A stretch of 61,741 nt of DNA, the filler included, from Syncephalis fuscata S228 (Eukaryota; Fungi; Zoopagomycota), in NCBI GenBank assembly GCA_025786725.1. It is 3 parts of 3 records of this genome, joined end to end, with 100 filler letters (N's around TTAATTAATTAA, not from the genome) between each part and the next. Parts side by side here need not be neighbours in the genome. Positions count along the whole stretch, not along the records: positions 20,300 to 46,310 come from JAHLTZ010000114.1; positions 46,411 to 61,741 come from JAHLTZ010000218.1; 1 more part is not named here. The stretch is one strand, 5' to 3'. Under the pieces are notes generated by a model that saw only the letters and a list, made by a program, of their open reading frames with translations, had not been told where the DNA came from and searched no databases. Position 1 is the first letter of the stretch. Each line of letters starts with the position of its first letter. Of the stretch, positions 40,464 through 54,648 are shown piece by piece. The position numbers were made by a program, and so were the translations under genes.

Positions 40464-41012
40464 AGTGTTAATGGTTATAAATAATTTTGTATAATAATAC
40501 TTTATTCAATAGTAGCAGTAATGCATTAATAAATGTCTATTAAAATTTATATGCCATTTGTTTTAGCAATATATCAATAAGCAAAATAAGCTATATTCTA
40601 TTAATAATAAAACAGAAATAAGAACAGTTTTGGATAGAGGAAGGTTAGAAGAATATAACATGATATAGAATAAAATAATTATATACCGAAAAGAGTGTAA
40701 TTAATGATGTTGAAGTTATAGTGCATATAGCGCAATGATTAAAGTATATAGGAATATATAATGAATAAAATGTGTCTATTACAGTATGGAATAGAATGAT
40801 ATATAGTGGTGTGGGATAGAATTGGGATGATATAAATGAATAGAGTATATATGTGTACTGAATATATGCATACTGGATAATGAATCTATGATGATGAATG
40901 AGTATTTGACGATTAATGTCATTTACTACCCAATTCCATCTTTAATAAAACAATTTTGGTTCAATTACGCGAGTATTGTCAGCTATAGTCATTTGACCAT
41001 CAAATCATATTA
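40464..41012. repeat. Degenerate copy of the 27026-29352 element family without the satellite
   Basis: 40860-41012 aligns with 29200-29355 (TACTGGATAAT.AATCTA.GATGATG...GTCATTTGA..AAATCATA). The left boundary is uncertain. Confidence 0.55.
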
Positions 41013-41293
41013 AACTGTTAATAGAAGCAATAAATAATAATAATGTTTATTTTACAAGGTTTAAATATTAAATAACTATTTGATCATCTAATGGGTTATT
41101 TAATTTAGATATTCACGCTTTTAGTATCTAAATTATTTGTACAATATTTTTAACTAATGTTTTTTATTGGAAACATAATTAATTTGAATTGAGTGGCTAT
41201 ATTATATTTGTTGGTATTATTATGCATATACTAGCTTTTTACATAACAAATAAATGAAATAAATGTATACTGGATATAACTAAATCATAATCT

Positions 41294-42277
41294 TTACTCT
41301 GTTTCCACGGCACGAGCGGCTGCTTCGATAGCCTCGGCTTCTTGTAGTGCAAGTACATCAACCGGTCCAAACTGCGATGCAGCAGCCTGTCCAGCCTCTG
41401 CACCACCTGCTGCACTAGCCGAAGCTTCAATAGAATCGGCACTTGTGCCATATTGCGCATGATACTGCGCTACAAGCTTCTGTTCCTCCTGCCACTGTGC
41501 CACCGACCATAAAGCTGCACCAACAGCATTTGTAAACGAAAAGAATATATTTGCAATCGGAATTAGTTGTAAGAAATAACAGACCATTCCAAATCCTAGC
41601 CAATTGTCAATCACTGTATTTTTGTAACTTGGCTTTACTTACCAGCATACGCACGCCAATGACGAACTGCATAGGCTCGGCTTTGTTTAAAGTCCCACCC
41701 TTTAACTTCAACATGGTAACGCGTTTGCTTTTCCCATGCGTACATCCAACCATTCACGTAGCAGAATACCATTGTGCCAGCAATAGGAATAGCATTGAGA
41801 GGAAAGGTGATAATAAGCAAAATAATACTAATAATACTTTGAGTGCAACACAGACCGCAATCAGCCGCGCATCCACGGCAACACGCATCTGGACGGTCCG
41901 ACAGCGGAAGACCCTTATCATGCCAGACGTAGTCAACCATACTTTCCGCCAAGGCTGGAATGATAATAAGCACAGCAATAAGTAGAATAAGTGCAGACAT
42001 AAGCAGCGCTACGACTACGGACACTGTCCAGGCTAAACCGCTTGGACAGTTGGCTCTAATAAGTGCGTGCGCGATAAACGGCATGGCCGTAAAGCTGCCC
42101 GCCAACGACCCAAGAGCCACTACAAGAGCAATAAAAAATGCTAAAAAGAACAGCAGTTAGTATATATCCATGAATAGTATCAATACACTTACCACAAAAG
42201 CATTTTGCCCATAGTGCAGGATGTACAAGAAAGTACGCTATACCTTGTATCGGATAGCTAGAGGCTGGTAACAACAT
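41294..42277 (-). CDS. EI24/Lds1-Rrt8-like membrane protein
   Basis: SYPIQGIAYFLVHPALW, PLNAIPIAG..FCYVNGW, RYHVEVKG and GFGMVCYFLQLIPIANIFFSFTNAVGAALW; three exons. Confidence 0.8.
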
Positions 42278-44939
42278 GTTGCTGAAGTAGATACGCTGTA
42301 CAAGTGGTGAAGAAGAGTAAAAATATAAATGAAAGAAAAGTGCTGACCTTTGCGCACTTGTCAGCATTTAAACCAATCACATCCTGCAGCATGGCTTTAT
42401 ATTGTCGCATTTTGTTTTATTTTTGCACTGCCATTGCTAATGCAAACTAAAATATGCACCAGTACACGTGTTTGCTATATCGAATACGCTACAAGACAGC
42501 ACAAAAATATTCAGAATTGCTAGACTCTTGGCACTGTTTAATATTTGGTGTAATTCGTATTTATTATAGATATGGTATTACTAAGCTTGGCATTTGCTTT
42601 TACTCATTTTATTTATTAATTTATTAAACTAAACATTATAAACATAATGATCATCTGAACAATGCTAATATTACTGTGAACTGAATAGGCAATACTATGA
42701 ACATCATTTGATTCATGTCCGCCAGCTGAGTTTAAATAGTAGCTTAGCATGTCGATGTAGCTTAATCAATACCATGAATATGTTGAATACTTTGTCGTCA
42801 GCTTTATCATAATTTATATTAACATCGTCTTATAACAATACAATACGTTTATTAAAAACTTTTACAAAATAAATTGGTTTAAAACACATAGATATTAGAC
42901 TACTTAGTTTGAGTAACGACATGGTATATTATCATTAGTATATTTGATGAACAATTAGTATATGTTCAACATATTTTGTTATTTAAATATAAACCATCTT
43001 ACATTCAGTTGTTAATTGTTTTATATTCTATTGTTACTATTGCCTAAATTACATAATTCAACAAAGTTCAGTTTAAGCTTCGTTGCACTCTAATTAAGCT
43101 TTTTCCCATCAGTGCCCATTGCATTTACTCGCCATTTAATTACTGACAGTATTATAAATACTTAATACTGCCGGCCAAACATTCAATAAACAACTTTTTT
43201 TACTTACAATTATTTTTTAGCTTATTTTCAGATTTATACAGTTGAGACTTCTGTTTAAATTACTGAATAAAGCTATTTATTTGTAATAAAGGTTATTAAA
43301 CTATTAAATTAATAATATTTATTAACTTAGATATCTACACATTGATGAAGCCACCTTTTACCCCTTCTACTTTATTTGGTTGCTTAGCAAACCTTACATA
43401 ACCATACATCTGGTTTTTTAACACTATAATAATTAGTAGTTTTATGACCAACTACCTTTTATTCTTTTAATATACTGCCATTAATAAATTTAACTTGCCT
43501 GTTTATAAATATTGGCTGACAGGAATCACAAATCACAATCTACGTCACTAAATTTCTTTTTCTCTTTCTCTTTCTCTTTCTTCACACTTGATAACATTAC
43601 TAATTGTATATACTTTTATATTTTATATGTGCCATCTAGTTAGTATCAGTAATTAAATGATTACTAGTTAATTGCAAACACCTTCTACACTATGCCCTTG
43701 CATTGCTCTTTTTTGTAAATTACCTTCATTACTTCGAATATTATTATTGGTACTTTTATTAACGTATTAAGTCCATTTCTAACTTGTTTTTATGTTATGT
43801 TAAATATATATTGCGAGTATCTCGCTGTATGCTTTGTTTTTGCTATGGATTCCCATTGCAAAGCTGTTACTAGCACGAGCAGCAGTGGAGATCTATAGTA
43901 AACCAAAGTATAGAGTAAAGTTGACTATATTAACTAATATCTTTTTGCCAAATACTTTGTTCTTTGCTCTTTTTCCGCTATTTGAACTTTTTTATTATTT
44001 AGTACTTTTTTAAGTACCGATATTTTTACAGCGTTGTATTGACTTTTCTTTTTTTGCATTTCTTTTTTGGGCCAATATTGTGACTGGCACCAACGTTTAT
44101 TATGGATTATTACAATATATTATATTAACCAATACTTAAAACGTGTCATCCTATGAATGTTTAAACAATTGTTGCTACATTTTATTTGATTAACTGTGTT
44201 TCAACAAACATGGAAATGAATATACAAATTGAGGGAAGCATTGATAGTCTACATTCCAAAAGATTTTTCGCCTCTCATTAGTGAATAAGCTGTCATCTTT
44301 TTTGTTTAGTTGTTTAACAATATTACTGATAACTAAAACTGTCACGCAATAAAATTCCCACTTTTCTGCATCTAATTATTTGTCTTTTGTTCATTTATTA
44401 GCTTTATAGTCGTTTTAATGTATAAATTAGCTATGAGGCGTTATATTGTAAAAATAGCGCCATTATTATGAAATCTGTATGACTACTAATTAGTTTTATT
44501 ATATATCACTTGAATTAATACTAAACAATATAAATACTGAGTAAATACAGTATGTGAGTTGAAATTAAAGGTTCAAATAGCTATAGGCCTTAAATGTATA
44601 CACTATTTTTACATTCGTAACACATGGATAGCATGCGCTTAATATAGCTACACGTATGATTGTCATTTCTTAAGAAAATATTAATTTTTACTATATTATT
44701 TTATCATTACTTAGTCTATCCTTATCACTATATGTTTAGTCTAATTTAATAATTGGTATTAATAGAATGTTTTTATAACATATACCAAGCACTTGACTTA
44801 ATTATTATACATTTTTACATTTGTTTATACTTTAACAAACCATATTATATTTTTTACATCTCTTATCCATTAAATGCCTTTGCAATATATTTATACTATC
44901 TTTTGTAAAATAATTTACATGTTTAATCATAGTTTATTA

Positions 44940-46310
44940 TTAACAGATTAAATGCACGATAAGCAGCATTGAACAACTTTTACTGCTAATAAGCCAGGTA
45001 TTAATTTTATTATATATGATAGACTTTTTGCAATATGTACTATCTTTGAGTATTGGCCGTGCATTTGTATCAATGCTAGATGGCATGGGTGTTCCTGTAT
45101 AAGCCGTATACTCATTATGTCTACTTTTTACTAAGACTGTAGTATTATTTTTGTTATCTATTCCAATTACTCCTCTATTTTAAACTGATCATCAGGCTTT
45201 AAACGTAAATCAACAACAAAAAGAAGCACAATAACGCGCATAATATATGTTGATTTAAAAATAATTGCGTAAGTAAGCTCTCTCTCGACGTCGTAACTCC
45301 AGATTCCTGTTATATTGATCACATTTGTAGTAAACATCATCAGATATCCCAATAAAAATATTGCACATAGCTTTGTTACCTAATATGCTATTAGTAAATA
45401 TTATTGATTTCTATTTCGCTTACTAGTGTAGTTTTTATACTTACTAGTGTCAGTGCATGTCTTGCGGCACTATCCACTAATAGATCGTTTCGTTTTAGCC
45501 AGAATACTATACCTAAGCATAAATAGTTTAACATTATAGTATTTAGTAGCAACATTATCCATTACCGTAATAAATTAATATAATTATACTAAAAGGTTGA
45601 ACAACCAACTTAAGACAATCAATAGTCATCATTAATGTGCTGTGTGCCTCAAATATTAAATCAAAGCTGTAAATAAGTAATAAAGCATGGCCAATAATTG
45701 ATAATATAAGCAAAATAATAATGCCATATCGAAGTAGCAGTAACTGTCGATTATTTTGGAAGATGATTGCAATTGAATGCCTATTAATTATTATTATTAT
45801 TATTAGCAATAGGTTTTAATAGAATCAGCAACATTCTTTCTACAGTATATAACATACCATAGCAGTAGCAACGTATAAAATCCAACACATAAAAAAAAAG
45901 CTTGAAAAATGACTATCCATATATAAGCCGAATCATTTATCTCGAAAACAAACCCTGGTATATATACTAAAATATAAGACTAGCTTATTAGCATTCTAAT
46001 AATATTAGTAATTGTGATATTGTCTTACATATTGCCGCACACACTGCAGAAATATATATTATTATTTGTTGTTTAGTAATAGTTCTTTTTGCTTTGACCA
46101 AACGGTACAAAATTATAAAACTGTATATTATAACAACTAAAAGTATAGCCTGCATGCAATATATAAATGCTCGATAGCCAGTTGATAAACGAACTTCATT
46201 CCAAGGCCCTGGTTCTATTGATAACACCAGTTTATGTATTAGCTAGTGTGCAGAATATAATAGGAATATCCAAGTAGACTCAATTACCTTCTTCACTGTT
46301 ACAATGACTG
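44940..46310 (-). pseudogene. Paralog of the PA-7TM receptor-like gene; 5' truncated by the contig end, two apparent frameshifts
   Basis: EPGPWNEVRLSTGYRAFIYC matches EPGPWNNVFLSIGYRAFIYC with the same intron positions. Frameshifts near 45559 and 45178 restore homology to the 1-1962 copy and may be sequencing errors. Confidence 0.7.
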
Positions 46311-46410
46311 NNNNNNNNNNNNNNNNNNNNNNNNNNNNNNNNNNNNNNNNNNNNTTAATTAATTAANNNNNNNNNNNNNNNNNNNNNNNNNNNNNNNNNN
46401 NNNNNNNNNN
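46311..46410. other. Artificial contig linker
   Basis: N-run, TTAATTAATTAA, N-run. Confidence 0.97.
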
Positions 46411-46799
46411 ATTAAATCATGATTAAAGTGATATTAGTTATACTAACAAGCTGTAACGCAGAATGAAAAAACAGAATATAAACACTTAATTACATTTTAA
46501 ATACTAATAGCAAAGTATCGTTATTAATAAAAGTGCACAATTTATATTAAAGCCAACCTTTGGCAATGATCATATCAAAGCGTAACATCTTTAATAAAAT
46601 GAAAATAATGGGTATATAAAACTGATCGCAGTGTGAATAAATGAGTGAAGAAATAAAGCCACGCCAAGTCATATGCATTATGCTAGAGATACCGTAATTA
46701 GGAATTACATGCAAATGATACGAGTCTGAAGGTATAGCATTCATTTTCAGATTGGAATACGCAGATAGACAATAACGCTAACTATGCTATAACTTAAAG

Positions 46800-48117
46800 C
46801 TAGTAGCCACCATGATTGTAGCCGTGTTGTGGTGGCGGTGGTGGTGGCTGTGCTGGGTACGATTGGCCATAGCCCTCGGCACTTGGTGCAGCACCATAAT
46901 GCGGCTGGTCATAGGCGACGTTATGCTCGTTGCCGTAGACGGCTGGCTGGTCGTAGCCGTGATTATTGCCGACGCTATGCATTGGATAGCTGTAGCCGCT
47001 TTGATGCTTTGTGGGTCCATAGGCAAATTCCTCCTCGTCCACCACGTCTTTTACTTCCCAAACATTCTGTTTACCGCCAACCGAGAATTCCAGATCCTCT
47101 TTGGTGATAGAGTCCCAGTATTTGTAGACAAACATCACTGTTAGTAGGACGGAGCATGCGCCGAAGAATGTGCCGTCCAGATAGTGCTTGGAGCCATTGC
47201 AAATGGTATTGCTAATGCCAATGGTAATGATTTGGCCAATGGCAAAAAACACAATGCCAAATGTGATATCACCAAGTGGCCAGCGGTCACGCAATGTCTT
47301 GAACACCAAGAAGATTTGTGATACAACATAGACCAAGATGCAAATGCCAGTGAATACATACATCATCACCCAGAGCAAAATGGGATTGCTTTGTTTAAAG
47401 CCGGCTATGTTATCAAAGGTAGCAAACGCTACAAAGGCCGAGAATAAGCCAATCACAAATGAAGAAATACGAACGCCCCAGATAGACAAACGAGTACCAT
47501 CCTCCATGAACTGGAAACTGATAAAGCCGTTAAGCATTAAGCACCAGAAACAAGCAACAACAACGCCAAAATCGACGGCTACAAAGTACTGTGGCATATT
47601 TAGACAGGTGTAATTAAACAATCATCATCAACTTACGCGATAGCCTTCCCATGCAATAGGAATAATATTAGAAACAAGCAGCATCGATAGTATTGTATCC
47701 AATAGGAAAAGATAGAAGAACGTGACCATTTCCTTGCGACCTGGTGTGTAGGTAACCATTGAATGGTTGGTTAATAGAGGTCAACGATTGAATATGACAC
47801 TGTCAATTGTGCCAAGACTTACCGACAGCCGTATATTTCGAGCTGATATGGAAGATCATAATGCCACACATGAAAATGGTGACAACACGAATAAACAAAG
47901 TAGCTATTATAGCAAGTGTATTAGTTGTCGGTGTTTATTGCCATTGCGCACAATAAGCAGACTTACCCGGTTGGAAGATAAGCACATTGGTCTTCATAAC
48001 TTCCAAGTTACGTGCGTAGCATGTTGGCTGAAGTCCCACGCCGCTAACTTCGCCCAGCAGTGGACATACTGTAAGTGCGTTCTGGGCGCATATCCCATCA
48101 AATTGGCCAAACTTCAT
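46800..48117 (-). CDS. CHS7: Chitin synthase export chaperone Chs7
   Basis: MKFGQFDGICAQNALTVCPLLG, KYTAVGRKEMVTFFY, LNGFISFQFMEDGT and YKYWDSITKEDLEFSVGGKQNVWEVK; four exons. Confidence 0.95.
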
Positions 48118-49849
48118 GGTACTTAAGAGGTGTGTGTGTGTGTGTGTGCTTATGTGTCTAGATGCAGAACAGCACTATCAATTACCACAGTGATTGGTTA
48201 GTTAGTTGACAAAAACTAGAAAGAAATGCAATGCAAAGAATTCACGTTCAAGGAGATGATGAAGAGGAGTAAAGTAGTTTGTGTAGTGTGTGTTTGGATA
48301 TTTGTGTTGTCTTGCAACAGCAGTACACTGACAGAGATAAAACAGTGATATGAAGTCTCGAATGCCAAACAAAAAACAAACAGAAATAAAATGGATTTCT
48401 GTTTGCGGTGGTGTGCGTGCGTGTGCGTATGGTGGATTAAAAAGAATACCAAATAGGAAGAGAAAAGTAAAGACTGTGCCAGAACGACAAGACCAGATGG
48501 TATAGATGCAAAGAAAAGGGTATTGTGCAGAATGAAGCGAGATGATAACTGCAAACTCCTTACCGTAAAATAGAAAGCGACCAAGTAACTCCCAAGGTCG
48601 AATACAACACAGAAGAAATAAAGATTTCCAAATACGAAGAACTAATGGTAATAATAGAGCGGTGATGAGAGTAAAGTGGTAATAATAGTCGTATTCTTTA
48701 GCTTCTAATTTGTGTGAGCGTGTATTTGTGTGCCACTCTGTGGACTTGTTAGTCGGAGTAGAGCGGATTTGAAAGTAAAGAAAAAAACTGACTTTCTTGC
48801 AGTCGATGGTTCAATATTAGTGGATGTGGGGAAGAAGAAGCGACAAAAACAACTAAGCTCGTCTCGTGCTGCCTATAGAAAGATGAAAGATAGCCGACGA
48901 GTAGGCAAACCGGCGTACATCGATGGTAGACCGATGCAATAAGAAATGCCTACCATCCACTCATGGCAATCATAACTGGATAGAACGACATGTTATGCTT
49001 TGGCTAAAACCGGTATTTGAATTCTGCGATAAGAACTTTGCTGGCGGCGGTTCAATGAAAATAAATGAAACACCCATAAATGTTGTGTTGCATTAACAAG
49101 CCCATCTTAGTAAAATTAAAAATAACATTAATGTTTAAGATATAACGATGTGACACCTGTAACCAGAAGATAGCATGTGTTGCTGTTATATATTAATTCT
49201 TTTACATTGATTAGTGTTATTTTGATGCTTTTTACAGTAGTCGAATAGTTTTTGTCGTGCTTTTTACACTAATCTCATCTTATCCTATTTACTATTAGAA
49301 CATACAAAATAAATTTATAAATTCTATTATCATCGGTTATAATTAAATGTTTAATAAAAATACTTGCTAATTTACCTATTGAACTAAGGTATTTTGCTGC
49401 TGTTAATAAGTGGTAGAAATTGATGATCAGCGGCTGATAAAAGATGTGCACACAGCAGTGTAAAATCCACGTAATATCTAAATAGATCATAAGCAAATAG
49501 GAGTAAGAGTACTTTAGAACATTTGCACCAAAATTATTTAATAAACTGATTACAAAACTATATTTCCTACTATTGATATTAGCTAATCAATAAAATGTAT
49601 ACATAATTAAACATAATAATCCTTAATGTATGATAGCTATTGCATATTCATTTGCAACTTAGATATTAAGCAAAATAAATACTGATCTGTTATTTACGTA
49701 ACAGCTATGTTTATTAATGGATTGCCCAAGCATTCGATGTGACTTGCAGATTGCTATACAAGCATTGGATCGTATGTATATCTAAAATACCATTGCAATA
49801 TAGCATCACTTTCAAATACTATTTAAAATCAGCGTACTATTTGACATCT

Positions 49850-50530
49850 TTAAGGTGTGCTAGAAATAGCAGGTGTGTTAGGTACAGAAGGAACGCCAGA
49901 AGTCTTGGGATGTTTAGGATGTTTAGGTTTTTGGCCTGGATGTCTAGGATGTTTATGATGCTTAGGCTTTTGGCCAGGCTTTTTAGGCTTTTCAGGTTTA
50001 CTAGGACGTCGAGGATTGCTGCTGCTGGAAGATGAAGATGAAACGGATGGATGACCAGGAGTACCAGGTTGACCAGGAGTACCAGGTTGACCAGGAGTAC
50101 CAGGTTGACCAGGAGTACCAGGTTGACCAGGTTTATGAGGTTTATGAGGTTTATGAGATTGACCAGGCTTATGAGGTTTATGAGGTTTATGAGGTTTCCT
50201 GATGCTGGAAGATACAGAGGAAGATGAAGCGGGTGGACGACCAGGTATAGCAGGAATGCCAGGTATAGCAGGAATGCCAGGTATAGTAGAAATGCCAGGT
50301 ATAGCAGGAATGTCAGGTATAGTAGAAATGCCAGGTATAGCAGGAATGCCAGGTATAGCAGAAATGCCAGGTATAGCAGGAATGCCAGGTATACCAGCTC
50401 TTGCACGAATATTAACTCCTCTTTTAATTAGAGGTCCACGACGAACCACAACTGGTTCCGAATCAATTATAGCCATATTGGCTACAAAGATAACACCAAT
50501 GGTGTAAATAGCAGCAGTAGTAAGCCTCAT
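49850..50530 (-). CDS. Secreted Pro/Gly/Lys/His-rich repetitive protein (~226 aa)
   Basis: Signal-peptide-like MRLTTAAIYTIGVIFVANMA, dibasic RR/KR sites, then (IPGIPA)n, (KPH)n and (PGQPGT)n blocks built from 9/18-bp repeats. Confidence 0.75.
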   Translation of the reverse strand: MRLTTAAIYTIGVIFVANMAIIDSEPVVVRRGPLIKRGVNIRARAGIPGIPAIPGISAIPGIPAIPGISTIPDIPAIPGISTIPGIPAIPGIPAIPGRPPASSSSVSSSIRKPHKPHKPHKPGQSHKPHKPHKPGQPGTPGQPGTPGQPGTPGQPGTPGHPSVSSSSSSSSNPRRPSKPEKPKKPGQKPKHHKHPRHPGQKPKHPKHPKTSGVPSVPNTPAISSTP

Positions 50531-51712
50531 ATTATTAGTTATTAAATCGAATAGACAAATAGACAAAAAGTGACAGTTTACAATAAGAAGTAGGCAATGA
50601 CAATAAATTACTAACTTGATTTGTATGGGCATTGCACAGTATTTAAATAGGCGATAATGGCAGACCGACATATTGTATATTGTACAACCAATGCTACCTG
50701 AACGCAATTTGAATGATGAAATAGGACCACACGATGATTTAGTATGCATACGTGGCTATACAGCCACAATACCAGTTTATTTACCCAGCTGCATGCACGA
50801 CCACAGTCTGGCTTAGATCAGTGCATATTATTATAAGAAGCTATTTATTTACCTTTCAAATACTCGCTTAAAATAACTATTAAAAAGATGATTCATTAGT
50901 TATTACTTATTGTTTTTATTATATTTAATTTTATTTCATAAAATAACAACATAACAGCAAAAGCAGTTTACTTCTCTGCTGCTCAATCAACTCGTGAATG
51001 ACCGTTTTGTCATTTTGCCATACCAACGTGGCAACATGCATACAGATATGCTTCGACAATCTAACATGCATGTACTCGCTATGAAGCTACTTCAATTTGG
51101 CCAAACAGCACAATCATACGGTAAATATTCTCACTACTCCCAGTATTGCATTAACTTGTTTTTTGCGCAACGTTATCGTATTAACTCGTTTTTTACGTCT
51201 ACAGTGTTTGATAAACCAACTTTATTGGTGAATTTAAATTTTATTAAGAGAATTTTTAAAAACCCACCGTTTTTGATTTTATTTACCAAAATACACCAAT
51301 TTAAAAAAATCTACCACAATGTCTACTGAACTATTTAAAGGAGCTATGTTTAACAATATCAAAAAATTGAATATTGCCGTTGACAAGCTTAGACTTGTTG
51401 GCAATTGCGATTTTAAGAGAAAAGAGCAATTCAGTAAAATTACACTTTATTTGTCCTCATAAAGACAATTTCAGCAGCAAATATTAGTAATTGGTTTATT
51501 AAATAAGTGTATTACTAAATCCTTGCAGCAAACTACATTATTATTTAAATAAATATTAACTTACAATTGCATCTAGTAAAAGAGTAGCCATAGCAAGCTA
51601 GACATTTAATTTACTGGTTACACTAAAATACATAAAATGAATCCATACTAATTGCGTATCAGCTTTGATATTATCGTTTTTCCGACTATCAACGTCATCA
51701 CAGCTTTTAAGA

Positions 51713-53425
51713 ATGCAAGTAATTACAGGACAACAAGTATTACTTTCTGCCAACGATACATCAGGACCACATACTATCGAAGTATGTAGTACCACGGGAC
51801 GTATCATTGCCATACACCCTCGACATGCTCTTCGGACCGACTATGCAAACCTTGACGCAAATGCATTTGTAGATGCGGCTGACCTGCTTGTCATGCCTGG
51901 CGTTGTTGACGCACACGTTCACGTGAATGAACCAGGACGCACGGCGTGGGAGGGTTTTGAGACGGCAACGTATGCTGCTGCTGCTGGTAAGAATAAAGCT
52001 GGCTAGTTTATCGGAGAATTGGCGATTAATCGCAGTGTGAATCAATAGGCGGAGTGACCACGCTGGTTGACATGCCGTTAAACGCAATTCCACCGACAAC
52101 AACGCCGCATCATTTCGCAACAAAGCTCGATGCAGCCAAGGAGCAATGCTGGATCGATGTAGGATTCTATGGTGGACTTGTACCTGATAATGCGGTAATA
52201 TTACAAATAGCTGACATCGTTGACACAGCAAGCTAATAATTTGCATTAGGACTTGCTTAAAGATCTAGTTAATCTAGGTGTGCGCGGTTTCAAATGCTTT
52301 ATGATTGAAAGTGGCGTCGATGAATTCCCTATGGTTACTGAGTCAGATATTCGACGAGGACTTGAGCAGCTTCAGGTAAATAATAGAAAAGCAATACATT
52401 AGTGTATATAACAGTTTATTGATTATAACGACAGGGAACAGACATAGTTATGATGTTCCATGCAGAAATGGAACATGAATTCGAACCGATCAGTGCTAGT
52501 GGTGATGAGACACATTACAGCACATTCCTGGCAAGTCGACCCACTTCACTGGAGTGTCGAGCCATTGAAACGGTCATTCGTCTGTGTCGTGAATTTAAAA
52601 CTGTAAAATGCCACATTGTTCATTTATCGGCAGCTGATGCTTTGCCGATGATTCGTGCAGCCAAGAAAGAAGGCTTGCCATTGACGGTTGAGACATGCTT
52701 CCACTATCTAACATTGAGTGCCGAACAGATTCCCACAGGTAAATTGGTAAAATAATATTATCTATATGGCTGTATTAACATGAATAGGCGCAACGCAATT
52801 CAAATGCTGTCCACCTATTCGCGATGACACCAATCGTCAGTTGTTATGGGAAGCATTGGCTGATGGCACCATTGATTTTGTTGTATCCGATCATTCACCG
52901 TGTGTAGCCGAGTTGAAACGACTTGATCAAGGCGATTTTATGAAGGCGTGGGGTGGCATTGCCTCACTTCAATTCGGCCTTCCTTTGCTCTGGACCGAGG
53001 CATTAAAGCGTGGCCATAGGTAGGCAGTTTAGTTGTGCTGAATAAGCCATTGCTAATAACAGTTATGGCTTATAGTGTACAAGATCTAGTACGTTGGCTA
53101 TCAACCCATACGGCAAAGCATGCAAGTCTATTCAATCGTAAAGGATCACTTGCAGTTGGTAAAGATGCCGATATTGTTATTTGGGATCCAAAGAGTAAAT
53201 TTACGGTAAATTATTATTCAATATATTTTATTATTAATGTTGACTGATTTATGTTGTGTATAGATAACTCAAGATACGATTCGTTTTAAAAATAAGGTGA
53301 CACCCTATATGAATCAATCTCTGAATGGCCGTATTCATCGCACGATAGTTCGAGGAAAAACCGTATATTTAAATAATGATAGTAATGAGGCAGTGGCCAA
53401 ACGTATTGGTATGTTATTGGTGTAA
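51713..53425 (+). CDS. DAL1: Allantoinase (amidohydrolase superfamily)
   Basis: [70 protein letters not shown] and VVSDHSPC. Confidence 0.95.
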
Positions 53426-53447
53426 GGAATCTATTACATAAACTGTG

Positions 53448-54441
53448 TCAAGAAAGATCAGCTACAAAGCAGCCAGTTTTTTCAATAAATTCACCGACTG
53501 CCATAGCATTTTTCCAATCTACATCACCTGCACCCAAGTAAAATACAGGAGGCTAGTATGCCATCATGAGTGTTTATATAGTTGATACTTCATTCCAAAC
53601 TTACTGCTAATTGACAAATACTCTGACTAATAATGATCGGTAGCAATGTAGTTGTGCCTATCGATAGTTTTGATTAGATTGAACTTTATGTTATGTCATT
53701 CACTCACCAATAGGCGATACGCCATTTTTATCAAATCCAGTTAATTTAAACGACATTTCTGCATCGGCCAATCTGAAATTATAGTATTGGCGACTGATTT
53801 CTTTGTTTTTTAATGATCGCACGTAATTCATTAGTTTTTGTGTATTTACGGAGGCTACATACTAAACTTTGCCAATTAGCTAGTCTGAATAGTGCCAATA
53901 CAGCCATTACTTTTACCTGAGTAATAACGCAATAGTAACGAGAATTTAAGAAATCTAAGTTTAAAATTAGTATTGCCATATTATACAATCTATATTAATC
54001 TTACCACTTGTATCCGACACGGTACAGCGTGTGTTTTCAAACACAACCGTTTTGCATAAGTGACGTATTGATGGCGCTACTAATTGCGCACTATAAATAA
54101 ACACAATTAACATACAAGATGCATTTTAATGGCGTACTTACACTCGTTCTTGAAGTGTCCAGTCATAATAATTGGATGGTACTTTATAGAAACGAGCGTG
54201 GAGGCCAAGTCGTTGAATTGCCTGCCATACCTACATATTCAATAAGCTACTAGTTACTAGAGCATAAATAAGTAATTACAGTTTGCACAGTATCTGGTGC
54301 GTCATTTTGTAGTTGTTCTGTAGAAGCTAGCTCTTTAAAATGCACCATATACACGTCTTGTATACATTGTGTAGCATAGAGTTCTGCCACTATCTCGGTT
54401 AACCGCTGGACACGGCGACTAATATCAGTAGTATTACTCAT
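53448..54441 (-). CDS. YbaK/aminoacyl-tRNA-editing-domain protein
   Basis: Spliced product contains RFYKVPSNYYDWTLQER, APSIRHLCKTVVFENT, NSRYYCVITQY, NFRLADAEMSFKLTGFDKNGVSPIG and FYLGAGDVDWK. Confidence 0.8.
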
Positions 54442-54648
54442 TATTATAGAAAAAGAAATACGTAAAAAGTATTTAAAATTTTATTAGCTATTATTAGTGT
54501 TAATGTAAATATTTAATAGGTGGATTACAAAATCTGATATTTACGGTGGCTCAATGATTGTGGTGTAGTTACACTAATTAAAATAAAGAAAAAGAAAAAA
54601 ACTTTTATTCGCTGTTCTTTCACACTTGCCTGCTTTACACTAAATAAC

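Noticed and set aside
42770-42980. Short inverted match AATATGTTGAA / TTCAACATATT
   Set aside because: Only 11 bp in very AT-rich DNA, with no TSD or second copy seen.
49837-50507. Overlapping ORFs (LAFLLY)n and antisense (PGIAGM)n
   Set aside because: These are shadow frames of stop-free 9/18-bp repeats; only the signal-peptide frame looks like a gene.
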